Shown here one piece after another: positions 63,254 to 64,000 of a stretch of 64,000 bases of DNA. The stretch comes from Escherichia phage SD2. Position 1 is the stretch's first letter. Each line of letters starts with the position of its first letter. Below the pieces are notes generated by a model, which was not told the origin of the DNA, searched no databases, and saw nothing but the letters and a program-made list of their open reading frames with translations. The translations under genes were made by a program, and so were the position numbers. The stretch lies in the sequence record PQ821640; one strand, given 5' to 3'.

Positions 63254-63916
63254 TTATTTAATATCCAATTTTGCACAAAGACGTTGTACCGCTTTGGCAT
63301 CGAACAAACTCCCACGAATAGTTCTCTTTCCTGATTCATTCAGATGCTTTGCAATCGTCATATATGGCGTTTTACAAGCTCTGTATGCAACTAAAGAATC
63401 TTTTAAAGAAAGCGCAAACTCTTTTGAGCGTTTTGCTTCTTCTGTTTTCGTATAATCTGTTCTTTTGTATTTAGGGTTTGCTGCACCAAGAAGCGTTCCC
63501 TTCGCTTTTGCTACCTTAAGGCTCTTCTTAACACGATCAGATATTGCACGAGCCTCTTCTTCTGCCAGAACTGCTAAAATATTTATTATCATATTTTCAG
63601 CGGAGGGCATAGTTGCTATCCGTACATTAATCATCTCTAACAAGGTTGCAACAGAAGCTGTGTTACGTCCCAGACGGTCAACCTTAGCAACAACAAGTGT
63701 AGCACCTGTTTCTTTGCAAAGATTAACAGCTTTTACAAGCTCTCTACGTTGCTTCCAATCGCCTTTACCAGAATAAAACTCTGCAAAGCTACCTACAATA
63801 GTATAATTTTCTTGTGAATCCAGGAAGCGTTGGATATCTGCTTCCTGTGATTCTATACCATACTGGTTGCCTTGTTGTTTCTTCTTAGAAAGTCGATGAT
63901 ACAGTACAAACTTCAT
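63254..63916 (-). CDS. serine recombinase (resolvase/invertase family)
   Basis: 220 aa; N-terminal YHRLSKKKQ (catalytic Ser context), VVAKVDRLGRN, C-terminal HTH-like region. Confidence 0.75.
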   Translation of the reverse strand: MKFVLYHRLSKKKQQGNQYGIESQEADIQRFLDSQENYTIVGSFAEFYSGKGDWKQRRELVKAVNLCKETGATLVVAKVDRLGRNTASVATLLEMINVRIATMPSAENMIINILAVLAEEEARAISDRVKKSLKVAKAKGTLLGAANPKYKRTDYTKTEEAKRSKEFALSLKDSLVAYRACKTPYMTIAKHLNESGKRTIRGSLFDAKAVQRLCAKLDIK

Positions 63917-64000
63917 AACACCCTCCTGTTCTGTTGCAGGAAGTATGCACTACCTTAATGTTAAAGTCAACAGTTAAGTAGTGGTAATATCATCCTCTTG

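Noticed and set aside
1-64000. tRNA or rRNA genes
   Set aside because: A by-eye scan for T-loop-like GGTTCGA(A/T)TCC motifs and cloverleaf-sized GC-rich segments in intergenic regions found none; this scan is weak and a tRNAscan-type search would be decisive.

Overview
This window reads as a gene-dense, AT-rich (roughly 38-40% GC by eye) segment of a large virulent bacteriophage that infects an enterobacterial host: promoters match the sigma70 TTGACA-N16-18-TATAAT consensus, genes have Shine-Dalgarno sites, and rho-independent terminators are common. No capsid or tail genes are recognisable; the content is early, host-takeover and nucleotide-metabolism genes. Layout: (1) 1-28.6 kb, minus-strand block with glycosyltransferase-like genes, a Ter-like stress cluster (TerD, vWA, TelA-like, TerC) next to Macro-like, PRTase-like and HAD genes, an AAA ATPase, nrdG, an nrdD split by a group-I-like intron carrying an HNH endonuclease ORF, and a UvrD-like helicase interrupted by an intein. 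(2) 28.7-32.9 kb, plus-strand block with a second AAA ATPase paralog, a zinc-ribbon/T5orf172-like protein and a NADAR (YbiA) protein. (3) 32.9-34.1 kb, noncoding tandem repeats, Fur-box-like palindromes and a GC-rich island. (4) 34.1-42.7 kb, an array of at least 14 cassettes, each a strong promoter, a conserved GC-rich hairpin (core GGGCGGGAAATGGTTTCCCGCC) at the predicted transcript 5' end, and a small ORF; this is the most unusual structure here. (5) 42.7-44.5 kb, a 1.7 kb AT-rich noncoding hub with more Fur-box-like sites and palindromes. (6) 44.5-55.7 kb, a tightly coupled plus-strand operon of about 35 small genes. (7) 55.8-64 kb, minus-strand block with Sir2-like protein, C5 cytosine methyltransferase, Ser/Thr phosphatase and a serine recombinase. 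All calls come from reading the sequence and the ORF track; no database search was run. Coordinates for features not taken from the ORF track are approximate (within a few nt), because hand counting disagreed with the track by 1 nt at one locus.
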